48,594 bases of DNA from positions 909,627-958,220 of the forward strand of contig CP129477.1 of assembly GCA_030583825.1 (NCBI GenBank), read 5' to 3'. The first letter of the stretch is position 1, and each line of letters opens with the position of its first letter. Shown here one piece after another: positions 15,997-26,352 of this stretch. A model generated the notes under the pieces. The model made no database searches, was not told the origin of the DNA, and worked only from the letters and a program-made list of their open reading frames with translations. The translations under genes and the position numbers were made by a program. Source of the stretch: Candidatus Dojkabacteria bacterium. Lineage in GTDB: Bacteria > Patescibacteriota > Dojkabacteria > GCA-002793355.

Positions 15997-18828
15997 CTAC
16001 TTTCGTTTTTTACCTTTTTTAGCCTTTTTTCCGTTATTGTTCTGTACTGAACGACGAACTGCATCACGAATTAAGTCTTTTGCATCCTGCTGTTGCTTTG
16101 AAACAGCTTCAATTCTAAACATCTTTCGTGCAATCATATCTGCCAGCTGGTCAAAAAATCCGTTAAAGAGTGCTGTTCCTTCTCGCTTATACTCTACCAA
16201 TGGATCTCGCTGTGCATATCCGCGGAATCCAATACCTTCACGAAGGTCGGACATTGCGTCAATATGATCCATCCAGAGAAAATCAAGCGAGCTCATGATA
16301 AGGTATCGCTCATACTCTTTATTCGGAACACTCTTTTCAAGTTCTTGAAGCTTTGTAAACCATGCTGCATTAATCAATTTGAAAAGCTCTGTTACTGACA
16401 CTGTAAATGTCTTTTTCTTTTGAACAAAATTCTTTTCAAGGAATTCGGCATATGACTTAAGTCCCATTGCTTTTGCAGCTTTTTCCTGCAAATCGTTTGG
16501 AATACATGTCTCAATAAACTCTCGGAGGATTCTTGCCTGCTCTTCTGGAATTTGCTTTTCTTTGCGAATGTCTCCACCCATGATGTGAAGAATCTGATCC
16601 CACACCTGCTTCATTGTCCACATGCGTAATGGGAAATCCATGTATGTCTCTTTTACAAGCTTTACTGCTTCTGCGTCTTTTGAGCGCTTTAGCGAGTATG
16701 TTCCAAGTTTTTGCAAGAAAGTAATAATTTCGATGTCTGAGAGCTCTGTATTCTTCAATGGAGGAAGCTGAACATTGTGAAGCAATAACAGAATAAGCTT
16801 TCGCATTTTATAGACAGTTTCTCTTTGGAAGTTGAGGACATCATCGTATTCAACGAGTCTCTTTCGAATGTCGAAGTGAAGTGACTCAACTTTTTCTTGA
16901 GCTTTTTTAATGATTCCTGACAATAATCCTGATTCCAATGGAATATCTTCTGGAAGTTGTCCTCCAAGGACGTTTTTAATCATATCTCCACCGAATACGC
17001 GCATAAGATGGTCTCCAAGTGAAAGGTAGAATCGTGATGATCCTGGGTCACCTAAACGTCCTGACCTTCCGCGGAGCTGGTTATCAATACGGCGCGCTTC
17101 GTGTCGTTCTGTACCAATAATGTGAAGTCCACCAAGTTCTTTTACTTCCGGAGAAAGCTTAATGTCAGTTCCACGACCTGCCATGTTAGTGGCAATAGTG
17201 ACTGTTGCTTTTTGCCCTGCTGCTGCAATAATTTTTGCTTCTTTTTCATGCAGTTTTGCATTTAAGACCTGATGAGGAATTCCCCGCTTGCGAAGCAATG
17301 TCGAAATATACTCTGATTTTTCAATAGAGGTTGTACCTGCTAATACTGGTCTTCCCTGTTTGTACTTTTCGATAATATCTTCTACGACTGCATCGTACTT
17401 TGATTTTTCAGACTTATAGATAACGTCAGCAAGGTCTTCACGTGTAATCTTTTTATGTGTTGGAACACGTACGACATCGAGCTTATAGATTTTTGCAAAT
17501 TCTTCAGCCTCAGTCATTGCTGTACCTGTCATACCTGCGAGGAATGAGTACAAACGGAAGTAGTTCTGGTAAGAAATTGTTGCAAGTGTCTTGCTTTCAT
17601 TTCGAATGTCTACACGCTCTTTTGCTTCGATTGCCTGGTGTAGTCCTTCGCTATATCGTCGTCCCTGTTGTGCGCGGCCGGTAAATTGGTCAACAATAAG
17701 AACTTCGCCATTGTGAACAATATACTCTTTGTCTTTGTTATAGAGTGCTTTTGCCTTCAGTGCGTTATCAATATGCTTAATGAATCGTGAGTCACTCCAA
17801 ATGTCTGCAACATTAATCGCTGTTTCAACTTTTTTAATACCTGCATCGGTAAGAACAACTGAGTGACGCTTTTCGTCAACAATATAATCTTCGTCAGCTT
17901 TTAAAGTTTCTGCGATTGTTGCAAATCGGTAATACACTTCGCTTGGCTGCTCATCCGGGACAGAAATAATAAGCGGAGTTCGCGCTTCGTCAATTAAAAT
18001 TGAGTCAGCTTCGTCAACGATTGAGTAGTAATAATATCGCTGAACACGTTCTTCCAATGAGTTTGCCATGTTGTCACGAAGATAGTCGAATCCAAACTCG
18101 CTGGCCTGTCCATATGTCACATCGCATTTATATGCCTGTTTTTTATTAATCACTTTTAAGTTTGTGCCAACCATTGTGGACATATTTGACATGTCTTTTT
18201 TATCAAGAGATGCCTGAGCATCTTTTCCAAATATTTCGAGCACTTCTTCGTCACTGATAACTTGGTAAGAATCGTTTGCAGTAATAATCGAGGCATTCAT
18301 TCCCAATGCATGCATTACTTGTCCTGCCCATTCACCGTCACGTTTTGCGAGATAATCGTTAACAGTTGCAACATGAACGCCACGACCAGTTAGTCCAAAT
18401 AAGTATGCGGGAAGTACTGCAGAGTTTGTTTTTCCTTCACCTGTGAACACTTCGGTTACTTTGTTATGTGCGAGCAAAATACCGGTCATAAGCTGAACAC
18501 TGAAGTGTTCGTGCTTTGCGATACGACCTGCGACCTCTCTGACTCGTGCATATACTTCCGGGAGAATTTCGTATAACTTTTTACGCTCTTCAAGAAGTTC
18601 TTTTTCATCCATTTCTGGATACTTTTCGTCAAAGTAGATATCATCTGCTTTGCGCTTTTCAATATCAATGCCAAGCTTTTTTCTGAAATATTCTGTTGAT
18701 TTTGCTAACTCTTCGTCAGATAACTGCTTAACACTGTCCTCAAACTCCAATACTTTACTGAGGATTTTGCGTGCCATTGCAAGCTCTTTTTCGTTAGGGG
18801 AAAATAGATTTTTTATCGTGCCAATCAT
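15997..18828 (-). CDS. secA: Preprotein translocase subunit SecA
   Basis: TGEGKT, HVATVNDYLAKRD, IVDEADSILIDEARTPLIIS, NMAGRGTDI, RRIDNQLRGRSGR.GDPG and QRDPLVEYK. Confidence 0.97.
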   Translation of the reverse strand: MIGTIKNLFSPNEKELAMARKILSKVLEFEDSVKQLSDEELAKSTEYFRKKLGIDIEKRKADDIYFDEKYPEMDEKELLEERKKLYEILPEVYARVREVAGRIAKHEHFSVQLMTGILLAHNKVTEVFTGEGKTNSAVLPAYLFGLTGRGVHVATVNDYLAKRDGEWAGQVMHALGMNASIITANDSYQVISDEEVLEIFGKDAQASLDKKDMSNMSTMVGTNLKVINKKQAYKCDVTYGQASEFGFDYLRDNMANSLEERVQRYYYYSIVDEADSILIDEARTPLIISVPDEQPSEVYYRFATIAETLKADEDYIVDEKRHSVVLTDAGIKKVETAINVADIWSDSRFIKHIDNALKAKALYNKDKEYIVHNGEVLIVDQFTGRAQQGRRYSEGLHQAIEAKERVDIRNESKTLATISYQNYFRLYSFLAGMTGTAMTEAEEFAKIYKLDVVRVPTHKKITREDLADVIYKSEKSKYDAVVEDIIEKYKQGRPVLAGTTSIEKSEYISTLLRKRGIPHQVLNAKLHEKEAKIIAAAGQKATVTIATNMAGRGTDIKLSPEVKELGGLHIIGTERHEARRIDNQLRGRSGRLGDPGSSRFYLSLGDHLMRVFGGDMIKNVLGGQLPEDIPLESGLLSGIIKKAQEKVESLHFDIRKRLVEYDDVLNFQRETVYKMRKLILLLLHNVQLPPLKNTELSDIEIITFLQKLGTYSLKRSKDAEAVKLVKETYMDFPLRMWTMKQVWDQILHIMGGDIRKEKQIPEEQARILREFIETCIPNDLQEKAAKAMGLKSYAEFLEKNFVQKKKTFTVSVTELFKLINAAWFTKLQELEKSVPNKEYERYLIMSSLDFLWMDHIDAMSDLREGIGFRGYAQRDPLVEYKREGTALFNGFFDQLADMIARKMFRIEAVSKQQQDAKDLIRDAVRRSVQNNNGKKAKKGKKRK

Positions 18829-19894
18829 AATTGTTTATTATTAACCTATATATGGTATCGGGAGACACCAGTATATCTGCCGTAAAGGTGATATATTCAG
18901 AATCAATTATACTATCTTTCCGAACTATGTGCATTATAGCAGATGGTGGAATTTCCTGCGGCATCGGGATAAGTAAATGCTCTTCTTTTGAGTGTAAATC
19001 GTACTGTGCCACTCCTTTATCTGAAAGAAAATATATGCCTGACTCGGTAATATCAAGAAGCATAAGTATTTTTGCTTCTGTACCAAGTGCCAGTTGAATA
19101 AGCTCACTATTATGCAGAGAGAACCAGCCCTTTTGTTGTGTGTGACATTCTTCTTTAAAAAGAAGAGATTGGGTAAATGCAGGGAAAATATACGAAGAAT
19201 CCGAACACGGTATATTTATGACAACTGGCGTATTTTCATTGTCTTTTATATATAGCATTTGCTTTGCTGCCTCAAGAAAGGGGTAAGCCTGTTCAAGAAG
19301 TAAAATGCTTCCTTCTTCTCCAGGGTAAAGTGAGTTAACTTTAAGTGTTTCGGTAAGCTGTAGGCTTCTTTTTGGAATGATGATTTTTTCTGTGAGGTTA
19401 ATTTCTAATTGGATCAAATCTGTTCCAATATCAGATTCTTTTTGCTTTTCTTTTTCTATGGAATACCATAGCGTGACGGTGCTTTCTGTCGTGAATAATG
19501 CCGCCAATCCTGTAATGTATTCACTAATAAGCGATGCCGTGATTACTTTTGTATTGTCTTTTTCGGATAAATGAAGTAAGGTAAGCTCTTTTCCGTTTAC
19601 GAGAAATAAATACTCTCCTCTCAATACAAATGAGGCATCGGCAACCAGGTTTTTGAAGCTACCTAACTTGTTATCTCCATGGGTTACGTTGTTACCGTCT
19701 CGACAAATAATATTCCACTGGCTGGATGCAATATACTCTCCTTGTTTGCATTGCATGACCTCATGCCGAATGATTCCTTCTTTTTGGTTATCTTGTGTGG
19801 ACGAAGGGAGAGGTTTCAGCAATACACTAAATACAAATATTGCGATATACAATACTGTGAGCATTACAATAAAAATAATATGTTTTTTATTCAT
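18794..19894 (-). CDS. Hypothetical membrane-anchored extracytoplasmic protein
   Basis: N-terminal hydrophobic anchor followed by a beta-rich domain; sits between the M23 gene and secA on the same strand. Confidence 0.55.
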   Translation of the reverse strand: MNKKHIIFIVMLTVLYIAIFVFSVLLKPLPSSTQDNQKEGIIRHEVMQCKQGEYIASSQWNIICRDGNNVTHGDNKLGSFKNLVADASFVLRGEYLFLVNGKELTLLHLSEKDNTKVITASLISEYITGLAALFTTESTVTLWYSIEKEKQKESDIGTDLIQLEINLTEKIIIPKRSLQLTETLKVNSLYPGEEGSILLLEQAYPFLEAAKQMLYIKDNENTPVVINIPCSDSSYIFPAFTQSLLFKEECHTQQKGWFSLHNSELIQLALGTEAKILMLLDITESGIYFLSDKGVAQYDLHSKEEHLLIPMPQEIPPSAIMHIVRKDSIIDSEYITFTADILVSPDTIYRLIINNYDWHDKKSIFP

Positions 19895-19896
19895 AA

Positions 19897-22641
19897 TTAA
19901 TACGATGGATGAGGATTATTTCCAGTCAAGCGACCTGGATAGACATTAGCTTTTGCAGTTTTTATCTGGTTCCAATCAACATTTATAAAGGGAACCGGAT
20001 CAAGATGATCTTTCAGTTGCTGAGAAGTGCGTATTTCAAAATGCAGATGATATGCTAGCTTTTGACAATTATATAACCCGGACTTACCACTTTTTGCAAT
20101 TATTTGTCCGCGTTTTACTTTTGTACCGATTGCAAACGCAGGAGCATTTTCTAAATGAAAGTAAAACGAATATGTCCCTGAATTGTGTTTGATTCCAATG
20201 TAGTACCCACCGCCAAAGCAAGCAGTTGATTGGTGGTACCCCTTTGTTACAACAGTTGCATCATCTGGAGCAAGTATGTCTGCCTGAGCCACGCTAAAAT
20301 CAATACCAGTATGAGGTTTCTGATACGCTGTCATGCCATACCATTGACTCACTTGTACTAAGTTTTTGAAAATCCAACCCAGTGGAGGTATGTTTTTGGG
20401 TACAGTGGGTTCCTGGAGCGCGATTTCTGTGGTCAATGGTGATGTTATAGTAATGTCAATTTGCTGATTGTGAATAGTTAGTAACTTTCCGGCAATTACC
20501 TGATATTCAATTTTTAATGACTTATCATTTATCGGAAGCAATATTGTATATAAGCGCTTATCCGTAGAATACCTATCAAACATAAGTGTATTTGGTGCAC
20601 TTATTGAAAGCAACACTGGAATATCTGTAAAAGATTGCTTTTCGATAACCTCAGAGCATCCAAACCATGTTAGCGGATTCCAGAATGTTTTATTCATACA
20701 TGAATATGTAGTGACATTCAACATAATTGTGATATTTCTAGGCGCTTCAATTGTGTGTATTGCTTCAGTATCGCTAATCTTTTCTGCCTCAAGTGCTTTA
20801 AAGATATTTTCTACCGTACTCCAGTCACAGGAAGTGTATTGGTTCTGCTCTTTGCGAAGATCTATTTCTGTTTTGCAGTTAACGGTTGTTGCCATAAATT
20901 CAGTGGAAGCGGGCTTTTTTATAGGGAGTGGTTTGACTGCGAGATCGCTCCAGTTATCATATGCGTCAGAAATACTGCTGCCCATATAGTTACTTTGCAG
21001 TGCTTTATCGTTTAGTGAGAATATAAATGATTCCTCTGTTGGGCAGTTTCCTTCATATAGAACTTCTCCATCGGCAGATATCTTTACTTTCCCTCCTTCC
21101 TTGCATGATGAAATAAACTCGGTTGGATCTTGTGCATCATTGAACTTTACGCTTGGTTTAGATGGAGGAGTTGTATCTACGGTAAGAATAATGCTATTTT
21201 CAGCTTTATGTCCTGCAGAATCCGTACAAGCAGCTTTTAATGTAAAACTTCCATCATTTAAATCTAATATCAGCCGTGTAGATTCCTGAAATTCAGATAT
21301 AATTTTGTTACTTAAATAGGCTTTTCCTGGTATTGACTCATTACAATGGACAAGAATTTCTTTTTTACGTTTGTTATCAGAGAGTACCGTAATTCTGGGC
21401 TGTGTGGGAGGTGAAGTATCCACTGTTACTACTAACGGAGGAGCAAGAAACATATCTCCACTTTGTGCTTCACATTTCATGAAAACCGAATATGTTCCGT
21501 CTACAATAGCGTTCACTGTATCCGGCCAATATGTCCATAGGTACACTTTCTGAGTTTCAGTCTGAGTGAATACGACATTTCCCTGCTTATCCTGTACGTA
21601 AATTGTAAGACTTTTTATGCTTCCGCCGCAACGTCCTTGAATATAAAACTCACCCTCAATTGCGCCATCTTTTTCAAAAGGAGCGGCAATAGTTTTACTT
21701 GTTTTAAAGTATTCCATAAAAGGAAATTGCGGATCTTGTTTTGATTGCGTAATATTTGACCATGCTGAGTATTTATCAGAGACTCTACATCGAACTCTAA
21801 AATAATAGGTACCTGCAGAAAGCGTGATGGTTGTTTCTCTTTCTTTTACCCACGAAGGTTCTCCCGCTGAAACAAATGACAAATTATTTGCCCATTGTAC
21901 TTGATATTCTTCACATTCATTATTCCCTTCCCAATAGAGAGTATTAGTTTTTCCTCCGGTAATTGGAGGTTCTTCTATGAGTACTGGTGACTGTATTAAT
22001 GACGCTCCTTCTGTAAGAGTTACAGTAATAGATGGAAATTCTCCAGGGTTGCATATAGGTGGCGCAGGCGCGATTTCACAACCTGGAGACCAGAATACTG
22101 ATGCATAATGTATTTCGTTTACGAAAGAAATTTGAAGCCCTCGGTCGTCTCCGCTACTTAAGAACGATTGATATCCGGCGATAAATGGGATGGTAATATC
22201 TACGCTTTTGGTTCCAAGTGAAAGAGGAAGAAGTTGGGTTGTACTCGCTTGAATATGCGGCTTTGTATTCCAAGTAACTGTTTTGTAATCCCAACTTTCC
22301 TGAGGTAATCCAATTGCAATATCAATATGAGTATTAGTTCCCTGATTCTGGTACTGTGTAAGATTTATAACAGTGCTTTGAATATCATCAGATGTCAATC
22401 CGAGCTCTTTTAGTTGTTGAAATTGGCCTTTAAATAAGATCTTGTTTCTCCCTTTTGAGTAGATAATGTCGTATCCGAGGAATAAATTTCTCGTATTCCA
22501 TGTCGGCGTTGTGGGAAAGCCACTTTCAATATAAGTAATTGCTTCAAGTGGATAAGAAATTGTTTGACTTTCTGCGTGTACACCGGGCACAGCTAAAAAG
22601 AGAAGCAAGAGAATTAGTAACATCATTATTCTTTTTTGCAA
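19897..22641 (-). CDS. Large secreted M23 family metallopeptidase with multiple N-terminal beta-sandwich domains
   Basis: Signal peptide; DNRLRE/CBM96-like W....VTWNTKP segment; FN3-like YYFRVRC....YSAWSN; repeated vDTtPP Ig-linker motifs; C-terminal HTGID (HxxxD) and HLHFEIR (HxH). Confidence 0.8.
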   Translation of the reverse strand: MQKRIMMLLILLLLFLAVPGVHAESQTISYPLEAITYIESGFPTTPTWNTRNLFLGYDIIYSKGRNKILFKGQFQQLKELGLTSDDIQSTVINLTQYQNQGTNTHIDIAIGLPQESWDYKTVTWNTKPHIQASTTQLLPLSLGTKSVDITIPFIAGYQSFLSSGDDRGLQISFVNEIHYASVFWSPGCEIAPAPPICNPGEFPSITVTLTEGASLIQSPVLIEEPPITGGKTNTLYWEGNNECEEYQVQWANNLSFVSAGEPSWVKERETTITLSAGTYYFRVRCRVSDKYSAWSNITQSKQDPQFPFMEYFKTSKTIAAPFEKDGAIEGEFYIQGRCGGSIKSLTIYVQDKQGNVVFTQTETQKVYLWTYWPDTVNAIVDGTYSVFMKCEAQSGDMFLAPPLVVTVDTSPPTQPRITVLSDNKRKKEILVHCNESIPGKAYLSNKIISEFQESTRLILDLNDGSFTLKAACTDSAGHKAENSIILTVDTTPPSKPSVKFNDAQDPTEFISSCKEGGKVKISADGEVLYEGNCPTEESFIFSLNDKALQSNYMGSSISDAYDNWSDLAVKPLPIKKPASTEFMATTVNCKTEIDLRKEQNQYTSCDWSTVENIFKALEAEKISDTEAIHTIEAPRNITIMLNVTTYSCMNKTFWNPLTWFGCSEVIEKQSFTDIPVLLSISAPNTLMFDRYSTDKRLYTILLPINDKSLKIEYQVIAGKLLTIHNQQIDITITSPLTTEIALQEPTVPKNIPPLGWIFKNLVQVSQWYGMTAYQKPHTGIDFSVAQADILAPDDATVVTKGYHQSTACFGGGYYIGIKHNSGTYSFYFHLENAPAFAIGTKVKRGQIIAKSGKSGLYNCQKLAYHLHFEIRTSQQLKDHLDPVPFINVDWNQIKTAKANVYPGRLTGNNPHPSY

Positions 22642-22733
22642 ACTTAGATGTACTTATAGTACATCGGGAAAAATGACTTACTAAAAACAAATAACTGACC
22701 GAAATTGGGGAGTGAATATAGAAAAAGGTGAAC

Positions 22734-23462
22734 TTACACTTCTTGCTCGTGATCTCCTATATTGTCGTTATTATAATCTGCAATCTTTTTGTGATCTCCT
22801 GAAAGCAATACTTCAGGCACTTTTAATTGCTTTTTCTTGCCCTCTTTGGAAGTATATTCAAAAACCTCTGGACGAGTATATTGCGGATATTCTCCGGAGA
22901 TCTTTATTGTATTATTCATCAATACAAACTTTGTTTCGTTCTTTGGGCTGTCTTCGTTTCCAAGTACTCCTGGAAGCAATCGTGTAATGACATCAACAAA
23001 CATAAGTGCAGGAAGTTCTCCTCCTGTGAGAATAACAGGGCCAACGCTGTAAAGCATATCAACAAACTTGTGAATTCTATAGTCAATGCCTTCGTAGTGT
23101 CCGCAAATTATTATAAACGCCTGGTCTTCTTCTTCAGATGCAATGCTGTGAGCAAAGTTCTGAGTAAGAATAGTTCCGCTCGGCGACGTTAATACAACTT
23201 TCGTATTTTTCTTAAACTTCTCTGGCATTTCCTCTTTAATGTCTTTGATTGCACTGTATAATGGCTCGATTTTCATAAGCATACCTGGGCCACCACCGTA
23301 AACTCGGTCATCAACTGTTTTATGCTTATCTGATGCCCAATCACGAATATTATGAATGTGTATTTCAATTGCACCTTTTTCTATTGCTCGGGCAATAATA
23401 CTTTCCTGTGTGTAAGGCTCAATAATTTCTGGAAAAATAGTGAGAATATCGAATCGGATCAT
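22734..23462 (-). CDS. trmD: tRNA (guanine37-N1)-methyltransferase
   Basis: FDILTIFPE, VDDRVYGGGPGM, ICGHYEGID, LTGGELPA, PQYTRP and VPEVLLSGDH. Confidence 0.96.
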   Translation of the reverse strand: MIRFDILTIFPEIIEPYTQESIIARAIEKGAIEIHIHNIRDWASDKHKTVDDRVYGGGPGMLMKIEPLYSAIKDIKEEMPEKFKKNTKVVLTSPSGTILTQNFAHSIASEEEDQAFIIICGHYEGIDYRIHKFVDMLYSVGPVILTGGELPALMFVDVITRLLPGVLGNEDSPKNETKFVLMNNTIKISGEYPQYTRPEVFEYTSKEGKKKQLKVPEVLLSGDHKKIADYNNDNIGDHEQEV

Positions 23463-23827
23463 AATAAACCAATTAACTTAGGTAAAAATATAATTCCCCC
23501 GATAACCACAGATCCTGTAGCAATAATTAATACTGCTGTCGCTCCCATATCTTTTGCAGATTTAATATGTTCATTATATTCAAGTGTGATTGCGTCGCAT
23601 GCCTTCTCTATTGACGTATTAATACTTTCAGCTGCAAGTACTCCAATAATACAAATAATGATAAGAGCCCACTCTACGGAAGAAATTTTAAATATGAATC
23701 CTGCAATAACAACCAAAAGTGCTGCGAAAAGCTCGATATTAAAATTCTGTTGCGTAAGGATCATCTCTCTTAGTCCACGCCACGCGTTTTCCTGACTTGC
23801 CATATGTTTTTGTATCTTTTTTATCAT
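23459..23827 (-). CDS. dgkA: Diacylglycerol/undecaprenol kinase (DgkA family)
   Basis: AESINTSIE.ACD and AKDMGA.AVL, with three TM segments. Confidence 0.85.
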   Translation of the reverse strand: MIKKIQKHMASQENAWRGLREMILTQQNFNIELFAALLVVIAGFIFKISSVEWALIIICIIGVLAAESINTSIEKACDAITLEYNEHIKSAKDMGATAVLIIATGSVVIGGIIFLPKLIGLL

Positions 23828-23836
23828 GCTCCCCCA

Positions 23837-25243
23837 CTAGGATAAAATTTTTCTCACTGTTTTAAACAGGATGATAAAGTCTAACCATAAAGACCAATTT
23901 TGTATATACCAGGTATCAATGTCTAATCGTTGTTTAAAAGTAAAATCGTTACGCCCTGTTGCCTGCCAAAGTCCAGTAATACCAGGTTTTACAGATAGAA
24001 TTCTTGCAAAGTAATTTCCAATCATGTCTCTTTCACGTGGAAGGTATGGTCGTGGCCCAATAACGCTCATTTGGCCAAATAACACATTAAATAGCTGTGG
24101 AAGCTCATCAAAATCTAGTTTTCGTAACCAATACCCAATAAATTTGATAAGCCGTGGGTCTTCTCCTTTCAACTTTTGAAAAGTGTTCCATTCTTTTGCT
24201 TTATCGGGGTTTTTCTGTAAGTACTCTGCGAGGATCTTATCGTTATTTTTATACATTGTTCTAAACTTCATGAACCTGAAAATTTTTCCATCTTTACCGT
24301 ATCTTTCCTGCGTATACACAACAGGAGCGCCATCCATAAGGTAAATAATAATTGCAGTAAGAAGCATTATTGGTGAAGCAACAATGAGCCCAATTGCCGC
24401 AATAAAGAAATCTGTAACACGTTTTAATACTCTGTTTGAAAATGACGTCAAACCCTTTTTAATATCAAACACAAAGAGGTTTTCATACATCATGTGATAG
24501 ACGTCTGCATTGATGACATCAAAAGGCATAAATTCCGGAATAAGAATAATCTGCGGCGCAATAAAGTACAACTTTTCTACAAGATGAGAGAGTTTTTTAT
24601 CGGTAATATCGTCGGTAATTATTGAAATAGTTTCTACATTGTTTGCTTTTACCACTTTGCGAACATCTTCTGCTAATTCTTCAAGTTTCTTTTGTGAGTT
24701 GAGACTTGTTTTAAATTCAGCAATGACATCAAATCCGATATATCCGTTTGCATTCCATACTTTGCCCAGTGAATAGTCTGTATCGAGCTTAATTTCTACA
24801 ATTGGAGTTTTCCAAAGCCCAATCCTAAACATGAGAAGTTTGATAATACGCCTTGATAATGGAATAAACACTGCCATAAGAAACGGATGCAGAACAAAGA
24901 TGATTCGTGAAACGTATGGACTTAAACGTCCAAAAGAAATAATTGTGTAAATTAATAATGATGCAATAACAATTGAGCGCATCATACTTTTTGTTTCATG
25001 CCAGAATGGCCGACGCTCCGTGTAGAGTCCTTGTGTCCAGAAAACAATAAAATATAACGGAATAATCCACCAATTTGTTAATTGGTAGTCAATAGGATCA
25101 TTTGAAATAAGTGCCGGAATTGTAATGAAATTTCCAATAAAGTCACGAAGTAAAAAGGAAACAAAGAAAGCAAAAATAACAGTGGAGATATCTGACGCGA
25201 CCAATGTAATTGTCCAACTAAAGCGTTTCAGCAAATTATTCAT
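23837..25243 (-). CDS. Polyprenyl-phosphate glycosylphosphotransferase (WbaP/WcaJ family)
   Basis: KR..D, Q.RYGKDG..F..MKFRTM, LDFDELPQLFNVL.GQMS.IGPRP, KPGITGLWQ and W.LWLD..IL.KT. Confidence 0.92.
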   Translation of the reverse strand: MNNLLKRFSWTITLVASDISTVIFAFFVSFLLRDFIGNFITIPALISNDPIDYQLTNWWIIPLYFIVFWTQGLYTERRPFWHETKSMMRSIVIASLLIYTIISFGRLSPYVSRIIFVLHPFLMAVFIPLSRRIIKLLMFRIGLWKTPIVEIKLDTDYSLGKVWNANGYIGFDVIAEFKTSLNSQKKLEELAEDVRKVVKANNVETISIITDDITDKKLSHLVEKLYFIAPQIILIPEFMPFDVINADVYHMMYENLFVFDIKKGLTSFSNRVLKRVTDFFIAAIGLIVASPIMLLTAIIIYLMDGAPVVYTQERYGKDGKIFRFMKFRTMYKNNDKILAEYLQKNPDKAKEWNTFQKLKGEDPRLIKFIGYWLRKLDFDELPQLFNVLFGQMSVIGPRPYLPRERDMIGNYFARILSVKPGITGLWQATGRNDFTFKQRLDIDTWYIQNWSLWLDFIILFKTVRKILS

Positions 25244-26348
25244 GTTTTGCGTGATTTTCTATCACGTCCCGCATCTTAGTGAGGAATACCTCTGTATCGA
25301 ATTGTAACACACTTTCTCTCAGAGTTTTCCTGTATTTCTCATTATCTTCCTGTTGGTTCACCCAGTCAATAGCCTTTTGTAGCTGATTTGTTGTCACATT
25401 TTCTATAAGATAGCCGTTTTTTTCATGTACTACTATTTCGGGTGCTCCTCCTTTATTTAGAGCAATTGCCGGAGTTCCTGCTGCTAGTGCTTCTGCCATA
25501 ATAATTCCAAAATCTTCTCTATTTGGAAGCAGCAATGCTTTGTGCTCTGCTAAAATACGCCATTTCTCAGACTCTGGAACATATCCCAGGAATGTAACAT
25601 TCTTACGATGGGCATACTTAGACTGCAAGTATTCTAGCTGGCTTCCCGATCCACCAATAGTTAGCGGAGTCTCTTCCGGCCAGGACTCTATAAGTTCATC
25701 AACCTTTTTATACGCTTCCAGCCTGCTTAAAAACAAAAATGAATCCTTCTTTTTTACATTTTGAGTAGCATCAATAATTTGTTTCACTTCAACTGGCGGA
25801 TGAATAATGATTGAATCTCTTCGATAAAACTTCTTTATTCGTGCGGCAACATCTTTTGAGTTTGCAACAAGAACATGAACTCTTTGTGCATGGAGAAAAT
25901 CAGCAACTCGCTGAGACGTTCCAAAGAAAAAGTTATATATAAATCTTGCAAAAAAGTTTTGGCGTGCTTTTAGCGATGCGTCTAAATTCCACAAAAACCG
26001 TGGAGGAGTATGAATATAGCTGATATGTGTTGCTCCCGGTGGAACAATAATAAACTTTGCAAACGATGCTGTGTCGCTAATAACAATATCTGTATCCGCA
26101 GGAAAATGGATTGACTCAAACGCGTATGGCAAAAGCAACTTGTAAATAGTCAAAAACTCTTTAAGAAAGGGCAATTTTTGCATAAATGTCGTACGAACAT
26201 CTTTACCTTCAAATTGTGGCTGATATGAAATCGAAGCATACAACGAAGTTGTGTAAGGAAGTTTTAGCAATGCTGCGCAGACTTTTTCTGCTCCGCCATT
26301 TACAATGAAAAAATCGTGTACAAGCGCAATATTTTTTTGTTTTTGCAT
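25236..26348 (-). CDS. Glycosyltransferase family 4 (WbaZ-like)
   Basis: ALVHDF...GGAEKV, SFAKF, YIHTPPRFLW and EDFGI..AEALA.GTP.IA. Confidence 0.9.
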   Translation of the reverse strand: MQKQKNIALVHDFFIVNGGAEKVCAALLKLPYTTSLYASISYQPQFEGKDVRTTFMQKLPFLKEFLTIYKLLLPYAFESIHFPADTDIVISDTASFAKFIIVPPGATHISYIHTPPRFLWNLDASLKARQNFFARFIYNFFFGTSQRVADFLHAQRVHVLVANSKDVAARIKKFYRRDSIIIHPPVEVKQIIDATQNVKKKDSFLFLSRLEAYKKVDELIESWPEETPLTIGGSGSQLEYLQSKYAHRKNVTFLGYVPESEKWRILAEHKALLLPNREDFGIIMAEALAAGTPAIALNKGGAPEIVVHEKNGYLIENVTTNQLQKAIDWVNQQEDNEKYRKTLRESVLQFDTEVFLTKMRDVIENHAKHE

Positions 26349-26352
26349 ACGC

